Part shown: piece by piece, positions 50,394 to 62,000 of the stretch | Layout: every line of letters starts with the position of its first letter | Numbering within the stretch: position 1 is the first letter of the stretch | The notes under the pieces: generated by a model | Told to the model about the DNA's origin: nothing | What the model saw: only the letters and a program-made list of their open reading frames with translations | The model's database searches: none | From: Gammaproteobacteria bacterium | Lineage (GTDB): Bacteria; Pseudomonadota; Gammaproteobacteria; M30B25 | Length of the DNA: 64,000 bases | NCBI GenBank assembly: GCA_018402195.1 | Contig: JAGYIW010000003.1 | Span: forward strand, 8,858 to 72,857 | Reading direction: 5' to 3' | Program-made: the position numbers and the translations under genes

Positions 50394-51794
50394 CTATAGG
50401 TCAGTTATAGTGCCTTCATACACCTCACAAGCAAGCATGATAGTTTCCGACAGAGTAGGATGTGGATGACTAGTAAGCGCCACATCTTCAACATCACACC
50501 CCATTTCTATAGCAAGACACACTTCAGCAATAAGATCACCAGCATTGGTGCCGACAATACCACCACCAAGGATTCGTTTGGTTTCTGGGTCGAACAACAG
50601 CTTGGTGAGACCTTCATCACGGTTATTGGCCAGCGAACGTCCAGACGCCATCCAAGGAAACACGCCCTTTTCATACTCGATGCCATGGGCCTTGGCCTCC
50701 TTCTCAGTTAAGCCTGTCCAGGCCACTTCTGGATCTGTGTAAGCTACTGAAGCGATACATTTTTGATCAAAAAAATGTGCCTTGCCGGCAATCACTTCCG
50801 CAGCCAAGCGCCCTTCAGGCACAGCTTTGTGCGCCAACATAGGATTTCCACAGATATCACCGATAGCAAAAATATGTGGCTGATTGGTGCGCATCTGCTT
50901 GTCGACTTTGATAAAACCACGCTCATCCAACTCCACACCAGCCTTATCGGCACCGATTAACTCGCCATTGGGTCTGCGTCCGACTGACTCAAGGATATAA
51001 TCAAATTTCTCTGCTTCCTTAGGCGCATGCTTACCTTCAAACGATACTGAAAGGCCATTTTTTGTGGCTTTAACCTCAGTGACTTTGGTTTCTAGCCAAA
51101 TATTTTCAAGACGACTATCCAAACGTTTATGCAAAGGCTTAACCATATCTGGATCTGCACCAGGCATCAACTGATCCATGAATTCTACCACCGTCACTTT
51201 GGCACCTAAAGCCGCATAAATAGTGGCCATTTCTAGACCAATGATACCGCCTCCAACGATTAACCAGTGCTTGTTGATACCATTGAGCTCTAAAGCACCT
51301 GAAGAGTCGACAATACGCGGATCTTCGGGCATAAATGGCAATTTAACTGGTTCTGAACCTGCAGCAATCACGGCTTGGTCGAAAATAATCTCTTGGGTTT
51401 TCTTGCCTTCAGTGACTGTCAGTGTATTAGGGCCAGTGAATTCTCCTACACCACTGATAACATTAACCTTACGACGTTTTGCAAGTCCTGACAGACCGGT
51501 GGTCAATTTCTTGATCACACTGTCTTTCCACTTGCGCAAAGCATCAGCATCGATTTTTGGCTTGCCGAAATTGATTCCGTATTGTCCCATGTCTTCTGCT
51601 TCTTCCAGTACTTTAGCTGCATGCAACAACGCTTTTGACGGGATACAGCCAACATTCAGACAAACACCACCTAGTGTTTTCCAGCGTTCAACAATGGTGA
51701 CTTCTAAACCTAAATCGGCTGCACGAAAAGCAGCGCTGTACCCTCCAGGACCGCCGCCAAGCACCAAAACTCCAGTTTTTATCGAATCAGCCAT
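50394..51794 (-). CDS. lpdA: Dihydrolipoyl dehydrogenase (E3)
   Basis: FAD motif GGGPGGYSAA and redox-active CLNVGCIPSK; 466 aa. Confidence 0.97.
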   Translation of the reverse strand: MADSIKTGVLVLGGGPGGYSAAFRAADLGLEVTIVERWKTLGGVCLNVGCIPSKALLHAAKVLEEAEDMGQYGINFGKPKIDADALRKWKDSVIKKLTTGLSGLAKRRKVNVISGVGEFTGPNTLTVTEGKKTQEIIFDQAVIAAGSEPVKLPFMPEDPRIVDSSGALELNGINKHWLIVGGGIIGLEMATIYAALGAKVTVVEFMDQLMPGADPDMVKPLHKRLDSRLENIWLETKVTEVKATKNGLSVSFEGKHAPKEAEKFDYILESVGRRPNGELIGADKAGVELDERGFIKVDKQMRTNQPHIFAIGDICGNPMLAHKAVPEGRLAAEVIAGKAHFFDQKCIASVAYTDPEVAWTGLTEKEAKAHGIEYEKGVFPWMASGRSLANNRDEGLTKLLFDPETKRILGGGIVGTNAGDLIAEVCLAIEMGCDVEDVALTSHPHPTLSETIMLACEVYEGTITDL

Positions 51795-51809
51795 GTATTG
51801 TTCTCCTCA

Positions 51810-53414
51810 TTATAACAATAGGTTGCGAATATCACTGAGTAACTCCGCAAAACGTGTTAAAAATCTAGCACCTTCAGCACCATCAATGACACGGTGGTCA
51901 TACGACAGAGACAATGGCAACATCAGTCTAGGTACAAACTCGTCGCCAACTAAGACGGGCTTGTGATAAGATTTTGATACACCAAGAATGGCCACTTCCG
52001 GTGCATTAACGATTGGGGTAAATGCAGTACCACCTATACCACCCAAACTAGAAATGGTCATACAACCACCCTTCATGTCTGCTGGTGTTAAACCTGCTTC
52101 TCGGGCTTTTTTGCTGATCATGCCCATTTCATAAGCAATTTCGAGTAATGATTTACCTATCACGTCTTTTATCACTGGCACCACTAGTCCTGCTGGTGTC
52201 TCAACAGCCATACCCAGATTACAGTATTTTTTAACAAGCAAACCTTCACCGTTAGGATCTAGAGAGGCATTGAAGTGGGGAAATTCTTGTAAAGTTTGCG
52301 CCAACACTTGCATGACGAAGGCCAATAGCGTCAAACGAACACCTTTTTGCATGGCTTCATCTTTATGATCCTGACGAAAAGCCTCCGTAGCAGTGATATC
52401 TACTTCACCAAATTGGGTCACATGTGGTACCGTCGACCAGCAATATTCCATGTGTTGCCCAGTCAATTTTTTGATTTTATTGAAAGGCACATGCTCAACT
52501 TCGCCAAACTGAGCAAAATTGACAGGATCAGGTACGCTCACAGCCCCTCTGCCTGCACGACCTGGCTGATTCAAGGTTTTTCTCACATAGTCTTGAACAT
52601 TTTCCTTAACAATACGGGCTTTCTCTCCTGTACCAGCTATTTGGGTTAAATCCACACCTAGCTCACGACCAAAACGACGCACTGAAGGGCTGGCATGTAC
52701 CTCTTCGTATGACTGCACAGGAACAGCAAGCTGCTGGGCTGGGGCTGACCTTCCGACTTGACTAGATTGGTTTTGCGGTGAAGATGCTTGTGGAGTAGAT
52801 GCAGCAGATTGCGGGGGAGCTGCAGGCGAAGCAGGACTAGGGACTGCCAATGATGTTTCTTCTACTTCAGCTAGTTTCATGCCCTCACTGACTTTATCGC
52901 CAACTTTTACCGCCAGAGAAACTACTTTACCACTAAACTCTGCGGGTACGTCCATACTGGCTTTGTCACTTTCTAAGGTTACCACTGCTATTTCTTTTTC
53001 AATGAAATCACCTGGGGCAATGTGTACTTCGATGACTTCAACTTCATCTGCCCCACCCAAATCCGGGACTAACAACGACCGCAAAGCAACTGCAACTTCT
53101 GGCGCAGTAACTTCTTGAACGGCAGAGGATTCCAATGCTAAAGCTGAAGTTTCTGTGGCCTGAACTTGCGTTTCACCTGTAGCCAACTCGACAATAGCTG
53201 TGCCCTCACTGACCTTATCACCCACATTGACCAAAATTGCTGCCACAGTCCCAGCTGATGAGCTAGGAATATCCATGCTAGCTTTGTCGCCTTCAACATT
53301 GATAAGACCATGTTCTGGGGCTACTTGGTCGCCGACTGTCACCAAGATTTCTATCACCTCAACTTGGTCAGCTCCGCCTAAATCAGGCACATAGATGGTT
53401 GTATTGCTGGACAA
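51810..53414 (-). CDS. aceF: Pyruvate dehydrogenase E2 dihydrolipoamide acetyltransferase (two lipoyl domains)
   Basis: Two lipoyl-attachment motifs (EGDKASMD, ESDKASMD), Ala/Pro-rich linkers and the catalytic DHRVIDG. TTG start with a GGAGA Shine-Dalgarno sequence. Confidence 0.95.
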   Translation of the reverse strand: MSSNTTIYVPDLGGADQVEVIEILVTVGDQVAPEHGLINVEGDKASMDIPSSSAGTVAAILVNVGDKVSEGTAIVELATGETQVQATETSALALESSAVQEVTAPEVAVALRSLLVPDLGGADEVEVIEVHIAPGDFIEKEIAVVTLESDKASMDVPAEFSGKVVSLAVKVGDKVSEGMKLAEVEETSLAVPSPASPAAPPQSAASTPQASSPQNQSSQVGRSAPAQQLAVPVQSYEEVHASPSVRRFGRELGVDLTQIAGTGEKARIVKENVQDYVRKTLNQPGRAGRGAVSVPDPVNFAQFGEVEHVPFNKIKKLTGQHMEYCWSTVPHVTQFGEVDITATEAFRQDHKDEAMQKGVRLTLLAFVMQVLAQTLQEFPHFNASLDPNGEGLLVKKYCNLGMAVETPAGLVVPVIKDVIGKSLLEIAYEMGMISKKAREAGLTPADMKGGCMTISSLGGIGGTAFTPIVNAPEVAILGVSKSYHKPVLVGDEFVPRLMLPLSLSYDHRVIDGAEGARFLTRFAELLSDIRNLLL

Positions 53415-53438
53415 GGGTAATCTCCTCTCTGGTTGCCG

Positions 53439-56108
53439 CTAAGCGGTCATTGGGTCTACTTTCTTTGCATCGATGCCAAGTTTATTGGCTGCATATTTTA
53501 GCGCTTTGGCATCAATGCTTCCTTCTTTCATCAGCCCTACCATGGCTGCATAGGCGATATGCTTGGCATCAACTTCAAAATGGTGTCTCAGTTCAGCGCG
53601 AGTATCACTGCGGCCATAGCCATCGGTACCCAAACAAATATAGTTTCTTGGCACATAGGCTCGAATTTGATCAGGATATAAACGCAAATAATCGGTGGCT
53701 GCAATTACCGGCCCACTCCCCTGCGCCAAACATTGGGTAACATAGGGTATATCGTCTTTGCCTTCTAGGGCATTGCGTCTTTCCACCTGTAAGGCTTCAC
53801 GTCGACATTCGGTAAAGCTAGGTGCAGAAAAGATATCAGCGCCCACATCAAAATGCTTTTGTAACAGTTCAGCGGCTGCAATGGCTTCACGGAAGATAGC
53901 GCCTGAGCCTAGCAATGACACACGTAGATTAGCTTTGGGCAAAGATTTATCAAACAAATACATACCTTTAATGATGCCTTCCTCCACACCCTCTGGCATA
54001 GCAGGATGGGAGTAATTTTCATTCATCACCGTAATGTAGTAATACACATCCTCTTGTTGTGCCATCATACGATGCAGGCCGCTATGGATAATGACTGCTA
54101 ATTCAAAAGCAAACGTGGGGTCATAACATAGGCAGTTGGGTACAACACTGAACAAAATATGGTTGTGGCCATCGGTATGTTGCAATCCTTCACCTGCCAA
54201 AGTGGTGCGCCCAGATGTGGCTCCAACCAAAAAACCACGTGCCCGCATGTCTCCTGCTGCCCAGGCAAGATCACCAGTGCGCTGGAAGCCAAACATGGAA
54301 TAATAAATATAGAAAGGAATCATGGGAACATTATTGGTGCTGTAGGACGTGGCTGCAGCAATCCAAGAACAAAAAGCTCCTGCTTCGTTCAAGCCTTCTT
54401 CAAGCAATTGGCCCTTACTATCTTCTCGATAATACATCAGCTGGCCTTTGTCCTGTGGCTCGTACTGCTGACCATGTGGCGAGTATATACCCAATTGTCT
54501 AAATAACCCTTCCATACCAAATGTTCTACACTCATCAGGGACAATGGGCACCAAATATTCTTTCAGCTCTTTGTCTTTTAATAAAGCAGACAAAATACGC
54601 ACAAAAGCCATGGTAGTGGAAATTTCTCTTTCTGCAGAGCCCTGTAGCTGAGTATCGAAAATTTTCAATGGCGGCACCGGCAATATCACATTACCGGACT
54701 GACGCTCTGGCACATATCCTCCCAGGACTTTGCGTTTTTCTTGCAAATAGCGAATCTCTTCACTATCGTCACTAGGCTTGAGGTATTCGACGTTTTCTAT
54801 TTGCGTGGCTGTTAACGGCAAATTAAAGCGTTTGGCAAAAATCTTTAGTGCCTCGATGGATAATTTCTTTTGTTGATGCGTGGTGTTTTGTAATTCCCCT
54901 TCATCACCCATACCAAAGCCTTTGACGGTTTTCACCAAAATAACCACTGGCTGCCCTTGGTGATGCACTGCTTCTTGGTAAGCTGCGAAAACTTTTTGTG
55001 GATCATGCCCACCACGCTTGAGCTTGATCAAATCGTCATCGGATAAATCTGCTACCATTTTGCGCAGTACAGGATCAACTCCGAAGAAGGCTTCACGCAC
55101 ATGGGCACCATCTTTACTCCAAATACTTTGATAATCACCATCTAGACATTGCATCATGCGTTTTTGCAAGACGCCAGAAGTATCTTTGGCCAGCAAGGCA
55201 TCCCATTCACGCCCCCAAATGACCTTAATCACATGCCAGCCTACACCTCTGAAAGTACCTTCTAACTCTTGGATAATCTTGCCATTACCACGCACCGGGC
55301 CATCTAGGCGCTGCAGGTTACAGTTGACTACCATGATTAAATTATCTAAATGCTCACGTGCAGCCAGGCCAATAGCCCCCAAAGATTCAGGCTCATCCAT
55401 TTCACCATCACCAGCAAACATCCAAACTTTGCGATCTTGATTGTCTTTCAATCCTCGATTGCCCAAGTATTTAAGAAAACGTGCCTGGAAAATCGCCATG
55501 ATGGGGCCTAAGCCCATGGACACCGTGGGAAATTGCCAAAAATTTGGCATCAACCATGGATGTGGATACGAAGATAGACCTTTTTCTCCCACCTCTTGAC
55601 GAAAGCGATCCATTTGTTTGGCATTGATACGGCCTTCCAAGAAGGCACGAGCATACATGCCTGGTGAAGCATGACCTTGAAAATAAATCAAATCACCAGG
55701 ATGTTGCGAAGAGTTAGCACGGAAAAAATAATTAAACCCAGTGTCGTAAAGCAACGCGGATGATGCATAGGTGGCGATATGCCCACCCAACTCTGAGGAG
55801 CGTTTGCCGCCACGCAACACTAATACCATGGCATTCCAGCGAATCATACTGCCCAACTTTTCTGCTACCACACCATCATCAGGTAGGCTGGCCTGTTTGT
55901 TCAGAGGAATGGAGTTGATGTAAGCAGTAAGTGCTTTGGGTATTGCCACACCACGTAGTGCTAAGCGTTCCTGGAGCTTGCTCAATAAAAATTGGGCTTT
56001 ACCCGGACCTTCGCGTCGACAAACGGAGTCTAATGCCTCAAGCCACTCGCGAGTTTCTTCTACATCTTCATCGATAAAATCAACCATGACATCGAAGGGT
56101 GCATTCAT
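53439..56108 (-). CDS. aceE: Pyruvate dehydrogenase E1 component
   Basis: 889 aa, a homodimeric-type E1 with a ThDP-binding region (GDGEMDEPES). It is followed by aceF and lpdA. Confidence 0.97.
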   Translation of the reverse strand: MNAPFDVMVDFIDEDVEETREWLEALDSVCRREGPGKAQFLLSKLQERLALRGVAIPKALTAYINSIPLNKQASLPDDGVVAEKLGSMIRWNAMVLVLRGGKRSSELGGHIATYASSALLYDTGFNYFFRANSSQHPGDLIYFQGHASPGMYARAFLEGRINAKQMDRFRQEVGEKGLSSYPHPWLMPNFWQFPTVSMGLGPIMAIFQARFLKYLGNRGLKDNQDRKVWMFAGDGEMDEPESLGAIGLAAREHLDNLIMVVNCNLQRLDGPVRGNGKIIQELEGTFRGVGWHVIKVIWGREWDALLAKDTSGVLQKRMMQCLDGDYQSIWSKDGAHVREAFFGVDPVLRKMVADLSDDDLIKLKRGGHDPQKVFAAYQEAVHHQGQPVVILVKTVKGFGMGDEGELQNTTHQQKKLSIEALKIFAKRFNLPLTATQIENVEYLKPSDDSEEIRYLQEKRKVLGGYVPERQSGNVILPVPPLKIFDTQLQGSAEREISTTMAFVRILSALLKDKELKEYLVPIVPDECRTFGMEGLFRQLGIYSPHGQQYEPQDKGQLMYYREDSKGQLLEEGLNEAGAFCSWIAAATSYSTNNVPMIPFYIYYSMFGFQRTGDLAWAAGDMRARGFLVGATSGRTTLAGEGLQHTDGHNHILFSVVPNCLCYDPTFAFELAVIIHSGLHRMMAQQEDVYYYITVMNENYSHPAMPEGVEEGIIKGMYLFDKSLPKANLRVSLLGSGAIFREAIAAAELLQKHFDVGADIFSAPSFTECRREALQVERRNALEGKDDIPYVTQCLAQGSGPVIAATDYLRLYPDQIRAYVPRNYICLGTDGYGRSDTRAELRHHFEVDAKHIAYAAMVGLMKEGSIDAKALKYAANKLGIDAKKVDPMTA

Positions 56109-56231
56109 AGGTTATGTCACTTAATCAAAAATGTAAGCCAACTTTGGCCATGCTAACATATTTACTCACACTTGAAAATACAGTGTATCGGTTCTGTGCC
56201 TATGGACTTTAGTTTCTCAAGCTATACCGGG

Positions 56232-57554
56232 TTAACGTGGATGTAAATTCGACCACTCCAGCCAGATATAGGCAGCTACACTACTTAACATCAGTAAAAA
56301 CACATAATAAACCACGATAGCATCTACCCCAGAAAAGGCGAAAAAGGAAAATGCAAAAGCCAAAATGGCCAAAGCAATCACTTTAAATCGCTCTCTGCTA
56401 CTACGGTAATTTTCGGGGTTTTTGAGCATAAAGACAATTTCTGCCAGTGAAGAAAATACATAGGGAATCAAGGTGGCAACGACGGCAAGCTCAGTGATTA
56501 AGGTAAATTGATCAACCAAACTGCTATCAGCATGCATGATTAACAGTCCACTGATTAGTAAACTCGAAATCACCAAACCATAAACAGGCGTGCCTCGGGC
56601 CCCCAAACGGCAGAATAATTTTGGAAACAAACCATCTTTTGCTGCCGCCATGGGCATTTGTGCTTGCACGAATATCCAACCATTGAGCGTTCCAACGATG
56701 GCAACCACAGAAACAATGGCAACCAATTCAGCACCCCAATTGCCGAACAGCTGATAGGCAGCTAGCACGAAAGGTGCATCGGTATGGGCCAATTCGGCCA
56801 TAGGAATAAGCCCCATCACTACTCCTGTACTTGAAATGTAAACCAACGCCGCTAACAAGGTGCCCAAAATGGTGGCTAAAGGAATGTTACGCTTGGGGTT
56901 AATGGCCTCACCAACAGGGATGGTTGCTGACTCCACCCCAATAAATGACCACATTGTTAATGCTGCCGCACCCACAAAAGCTGAAGCATGTGAAGTGCCT
57001 GAGACGTTGAAGTCAGAAAGCGCATGAAAATCCATATAAAAAACACCAATCAACGCCATTGCCAACAAAGGTACCAACTTCATGACGGCAGTGACAATCT
57101 GCATCAAACCTGCCTGGCGCACTCCAAACAAGTTGATCCCAGTCACCAGCCACAGCACCCCTAAGCCACCCATCAATGAGTAAGGCTGATTTCTCAGTAC
57201 TGGGAAAAAGTAGGCCAAAGAACCTATCAAAGCCACAATAATGGCTGCATTACCTATCCAACAGGCAATCCAGTAACAGTAGGCGATTTGAAAGCCGATA
57301 TAATCGCCATAAGCCTGCCTACAATAAGCGTATGGGCCACCTGATTTGGGATAAATTTTTGAAAGCCGTGAGAAAACCAAAGCTAGTACCACAGCTCCTG
57401 AAGCAGTGACAACCCAGGCTAATAAACCAATGGAGCCAAAGCTGGCCAGTGCTGCCGGCAACATGAATGTTCCAGAGCCAACCATATTGCCAAATACCAA
57501 GGCCGTTAAGGACCATAGACCCAACTGCTTTTTACCATGGGTTTCTTCGGGCAT
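56232..57554 (-). CDS. APC-superfamily amino acid/polyamine permease
   Basis: Twelve hydrophobic helices and the N-terminal motif LTALVFGNMVGSGTFMLP typical of APA/APC transporters. I prefer the ATG at 57554 (GGAG 7 nt upstream) to the TTG at 57569. Confidence 0.85.
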   Translation of the reverse strand: MPEETHGKKQLGLWSLTALVFGNMVGSGTFMLPAALASFGSIGLLAWVVTASGAVVLALVFSRLSKIYPKSGGPYAYCRQAYGDYIGFQIAYCYWIACWIGNAAIIVALIGSLAYFFPVLRNQPYSLMGGLGVLWLVTGINLFGVRQAGLMQIVTAVMKLVPLLAMALIGVFYMDFHALSDFNVSGTSHASAFVGAAALTMWSFIGVESATIPVGEAINPKRNIPLATILGTLLAALVYISSTGVVMGLIPMAELAHTDAPFVLAAYQLFGNWGAELVAIVSVVAIVGTLNGWIFVQAQMPMAAAKDGLFPKLFCRLGARGTPVYGLVISSLLISGLLIMHADSSLVDQFTLITELAVVATLIPYVFSSLAEIVFMLKNPENYRSSRERFKVIALAILAFAFSFFAFSGVDAIVVYYVFLLMLSSVAAYIWLEWSNLHPR

Positions 57555-57624
57555 CGTCACTCCAAACAATTACGTATAAAAATATAGGCTCAATTTACCA
57601 GCACTTAGCGCGGATGATCAACTA

Positions 57625-58872
57625 TTAATTCACCTTATCCTCTTCTAACCACACTGGGTGTTCACGCAAATACCATAGCAAGCCAAGACCTGGCACAGCC
57701 AAAAGAACCGCCAACAGATAGAATGGCACCCAACCAAAATGCTCGGCCACCTGACCTGCAATGGGGCCAACAAACACTCGACCTAAGGCACTGACAGCGC
57801 TAAACATAGCAAATTGACTCGCGGTATAGCGATGATGGCACAATGACATCAACAAAGCGACAAACACTACGGTACCTATGCTACTGAAAAAATATTCAAT
57901 AAATACCGAAACTGCCATCGCAGGGAGATTTCGACCAATATAGAACAATGCTACAAAAGCAAAATTCGCCAGAGCCTGCAACACCCCAAATACTATGAGG
58001 TTTTTATACAGGCGCCATCGCTGCATCATGACTCCAGCCACCAAAGCGCCAAGCAGTCCAGCAACAACTGCAGCTATTTTGTAGACTGCACCGACTTCTA
58101 TTTTGCTAAAACCCATGCCTCGCAAGAGAAATACTGTATTGAGCGACAGGCCGAAAGCATCTGTGAGTTTGTATAGCACCATCAACACCAGTAGAGCCCA
58201 AGCTTGGGGATGATGAAAAAATGCGCGCGACGGCCCCAAAATTGCGGTTTTTAAATTTCTAGGTCGCCCAACGGAAAAAATAGGCTCTGGTGCCACTAAA
58301 GTGGCCAAGGCGGTAACCGCCATGGTGATTGCCATCAATACGTAGGTAAAGCGCCAACTCACCACCCCTGCTAACATGATTGCTAAACCACCAGAAATCA
58401 CCATAGCCAAGCGGTAACCGTACATGCTGGCACTGATGCCTATTCCACGCTCAGGCGGACTTAACACGTCAGATCTATAAGCATCGATACCAATATCCTG
58501 CGAAGCAGAGCACCAGGCCACAAACAATGCCACAAGCGCCAAGCCCAAAGGATGATCTCCAGGCGACAGCATGGCCATTACCAACAAACTGAACACCAAA
58601 CTTATTTGGGTAAACAGAATCCAACCTCGCCTTCGTCCCAAAAACGGAGGCACTAGCCAGTCTATCAATGGTGCCCACAGCCACTTCAATGTATAAGGCA
58701 GTCCCACTAAGCTCAGCGCACCAATTTTTGCCAAATCAAGGCCGGGGAAATCTGAGTACCAAGCCTGCAAGGTGCCCGATGTCAGCGCCAAAGGCAAGCC
58801 AGAACCTAGGCCCATGGCTAAGAGGATGCTGCATTTAAACCAGGAGTGATATTGCCAACTTTGACCTTTCAT
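57625..58872 (-). CDS. ampG: AmpG-family muropeptide MFS permease
   Basis: GLGSGLPLALTSGTLQAWY...GLPYTLKWLWAPLID...GRRRGWIL. I prefer the Met at 58872. The longest ORF (to 59046) would overlap the divergent promoter and the start of the next gene. Confidence 0.85.
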   Translation of the reverse strand: MKGQSWQYHSWFKCSILLAMGLGSGLPLALTSGTLQAWYSDFPGLDLAKIGALSLVGLPYTLKWLWAPLIDWLVPPFLGRRRGWILFTQISLVFSLLVMAMLSPGDHPLGLALVALFVAWCSASQDIGIDAYRSDVLSPPERGIGISASMYGYRLAMVISGGLAIMLAGVVSWRFTYVLMAITMAVTALATLVAPEPIFSVGRPRNLKTAILGPSRAFFHHPQAWALLVLMVLYKLTDAFGLSLNTVFLLRGMGFSKIEVGAVYKIAAVVAGLLGALVAGVMMQRWRLYKNLIVFGVLQALANFAFVALFYIGRNLPAMAVSVFIEYFFSSIGTVVFVALLMSLCHHRYTASQFAMFSAVSALGRVFVGPIAGQVAEHFGWVPFYLLAVLLAVPGLGLLWYLREHPVWLEEDKVN

Positions 58873-58955
58873 AGAAGAATTCTTGCTAATTCTTTGGGCT
58901 TTTATTCCTATTGTAATGAATAGCCCAATCTTTTGCAAAATCATGCAACCCGAGC

Positions 58956-58985
58956 TTGAGTTACCCTGCTTGGCATTGCTATAAT
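58956..58985 (+). promoter_or_regulatory. Sigma70-type promoter with extended -10 for the 1,030-aa ORF
   Basis: TTGAGT, an 18-nt spacer, then TGCTATAAT. A GGAG Shine-Dalgarno sequence at 59013-59016 lies 7 nt before the ATG at 59024. Confidence 0.45.
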
Positions 58986-59023
58986 GTTCGATTAAAAATT
59001 TTTTTATTCTTTGGAGTTTTCCC

Positions 59024-62000
59024 ATGACTGATGCTGCCACGACCAAATTAAGTGCCTATATACAGGAGCTTGAAGACTTGGTCGATGACTGGCTCAAAGA
59101 TGGTTTAAAGTCTTATAATCTTTCATCTGCACAGGCTCAGCTTGGAACAATTCAACACCATACTACAGGTAGCGAAGACAGGTTTGTTGGCTTAATTCAG
59201 GTTTGTAATAATTATGAAAGTGAGTGGGTTGAATTAGAGGCTGTAGAACGGAGCTTGAATAATTACTCTAAAGTCGAAGGTGATGCTGCTCAGCTCCCAA
59301 GTGTGTGGGACATTTATATTAGTGAAAATGAAGAAAATCTTGGGAAATTGCAATACCATGCTTATCACAAGGATTACTTAAAACAAGCCAACCAAACAAT
59401 TGCTGATGCCAAGAAAGATGTTGTTGCCAGAAATCGCACGCTGGACTGGTGGGAAAAAACTCCAGCTAGGGCTCAAATAGCACGGGCATTGGCCGCATTA
59501 ATTTTGTATATCCCGTTACTCAGACTATTTACCATTGCAAAATGGCGAAATCGCCTACGTCGCTGTTTTCATTCTTGCTACAAAGAGGCTTTGGCAAACC
59601 CTGTCAAGCTACCTAGGGTTGAAAGCGTTGACAGAAAAGATCCTGACTTAACTGACTTTAAACAATTGCTTGCTGATATTCAGAAACAATTAAACCCTAG
59701 CCCTGCACCGCACACTATAGCCATTTCAAATACCACAGAGCTAAATCAGAGAGAATCTGCGCCCTCTGAAACAATGCCCACACCCGAACCCAAAACTGTC
59801 CACAATATTGAAACTTCACCCTTGAGTCAGGTCATGCAGGCAGAAGCGCAGCGAAAGATAGAGGCAGGAGAAAATCAGCTTCCAGCCCGTGACTATATGC
59901 AAGACGCTAGAGATGATCATGCTGACAAGCCGCGTGAAGAGCGGCAAGCGCTACATGCAAAACTACTTGCAGAAATTAAACAACGACAATCCAATTCAGC
60001 TACCAGTTCCTCCACATTAACTGCCCCTAAGGCCATCAGCGCCGCTGAACCAGTGCCTTGCCCGCGCCGCCCTAATCTGAATGCTAACGATGGCGGCATG
60101 CCTGCTGCAGGCAATGCCTCTGTTGAAATACCGCCCCACCCTTTCTTTATGGCTTCTCTCGATAAAGTTAAACCAGTTGGTGATATCATTCAGGCTATGA
60201 GCGGCATTGATTTAGCAGCAAGGGCTAGAGCAATTGCTGGAGAAATCTGTGAAACCCATTTAAATGCTGATACCATTAAGGCTGAATTACTTAAGGACAA
60301 TGCCCCTGAACCTACCAAGGTAGATGACCTGAATCATAGAGTGGAAGCTATTATTAATAAGCTCATCACCACTTTGCTTACAAAACCTCAAAAGCTTGAA
60401 AGTGCTCTGAAAGGTCAAGTCAGGGATGTGCTTGCTGCTTTACTTTCTTTGAATCAAAGAGATTCCAGAAAAATTATCAAGGATGCCATTTTTGCCAAGA
60501 ACCTTGCTGGATTTGTCCCACAGCTTATTTTGGATTTAGTCCGCGCTTGCACCCCCGTGGCTGCTGAACTTGCTAATGCAAGTTGCGCCACCATTGTCAA
60601 GCATGTTTCTAACTATGCTCAAAGTGTAACCGGTGATGACAATAGCCCTGCATGGCTTAAAATCAGAGCCTCAGAGATAAAATTGAGTATAGAGAATCTT
60701 CAAACCACCCTGAAGACACTGACTGAAAAACTGATGTCAGCAATTGCCACTTCTAATGACCCTAAAAAACCTTCTTTGACCGACTGGCTATGGCCGCTTT
60801 ATCGTTATGGCTTTAAAGGGTCTAAACCCGATGGCAAAGATGATCGCACCAAACGGTTTGTCCGCTTTCTCAGAGAATGCGGCTTGAATGACCTAAATCT
60901 TGAGGGAATTGTTGGCATTTTCTTTTATGAGATGACGCCTTGTGCTATGCCTGCTCCTGAAAATGGCCAGGCAAGCTGGACATTACTTGTGGGCGCTCTT
61001 TCTGAATTAACAAATAAAACCAGTCCCTCTCGCGAAGCAATTGATGGTATCACAGCCAATATTGAAACCTTTGTCCAAGCCTCACAGGATTTTCATGGCG
61101 CCTTGTTTTCAACTGAAACCAATCTAAACATTAAGGAGACCATGCTTGCTTATACATTTGAAAGCAAAGTAGTGACGATTTTCCGCATGGCGCATGTGAT
61201 CTTTGGCTTCAGCCAAAACTCTACAGTAGAGTCTCCAAATCCTGAACTCACCTGCGAATATATCAGTCATTGGTTAAGTGATAACCGTGAAGCAGCGCAA
61301 AACATAGTTGCAAAACTCAAAGCAGATCCACTGGTTCCTAACAATCCTACGCTTGGCCATGTTGACAGGAGCCTTATCCTCAAATATATCAAGCAGGCTA
61401 CAGCTTTGTATTGTAAAATGAACCCACATGAAAAATTGCAAAAGCACCCCAAAGATTTATTTGCTAGCGAACAATACACTCGCGCCCATACTCATGAACA
61501 AGAGACGGCCCATAAAACCATGTTAACTCATGTATTTGCACTGTGTTGTCTCACTGGCGAACATCCACTGTCCAAGATAGATTCATGGTCTGCCGCGATA
61601 GCGACCAGCATTAATCATAGTATGGTGACTCAAGTTTTAGCCCAACATGCTCACTTATTAGGTGGCAACACTGGCAAGTTTTTTAAAGATTCTATTAAAG
61701 CTAACATGCTTGATATTCTAAAAAATCTTATCCCAAAAGACGGCCAACATCCACGCATGTTTGGCCACGGTCTACCACAAGCCTATCGTGCTATTGGAGT
61801 GCATTTATTGTCTCAGTGGCAAACTGAGAATGTGAATCACGCCAAGAATCTTCAGGATGAGGTCGCCTCTTGTGATGCTTCACCTAGCTCTGATTCAGCT
61901 ACTGGAAATACCCAGCGATCGTCTCTGGATGCTGTTAGCGGCACTGTTGTCGCAGCCGCCGCAAGGACTCGGCAAGTTATTTTTGCAACCGATCTTACCA

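Noticed and set aside
51223-51966. 247-aa plus-strand ORF, and many similar ones (e.g. 29875-30369, 6128-6496, 31162-31533, 19594-19926)
   Set aside because: All lie antisense inside strongly supported genes (lpdA/aceF, dnaK, cvpA, the 625-aa ORF). They have the skewed Ser/Pro/Cys/Leu composition typical of shadow ORFs.
58873-59046. Long N-terminal extension of ampG; likewise fur to 36365, rnfH to 37700, ratA to 38082, xseB from 44204, ispA from 44436 and the permease to 57569
   Set aside because: The extensions lack family-like sequence. They overlap divergent promoters or neighbouring genes, and an internal Met with a better Shine-Dalgarno sequence and conserved N-terminus exists in each case.
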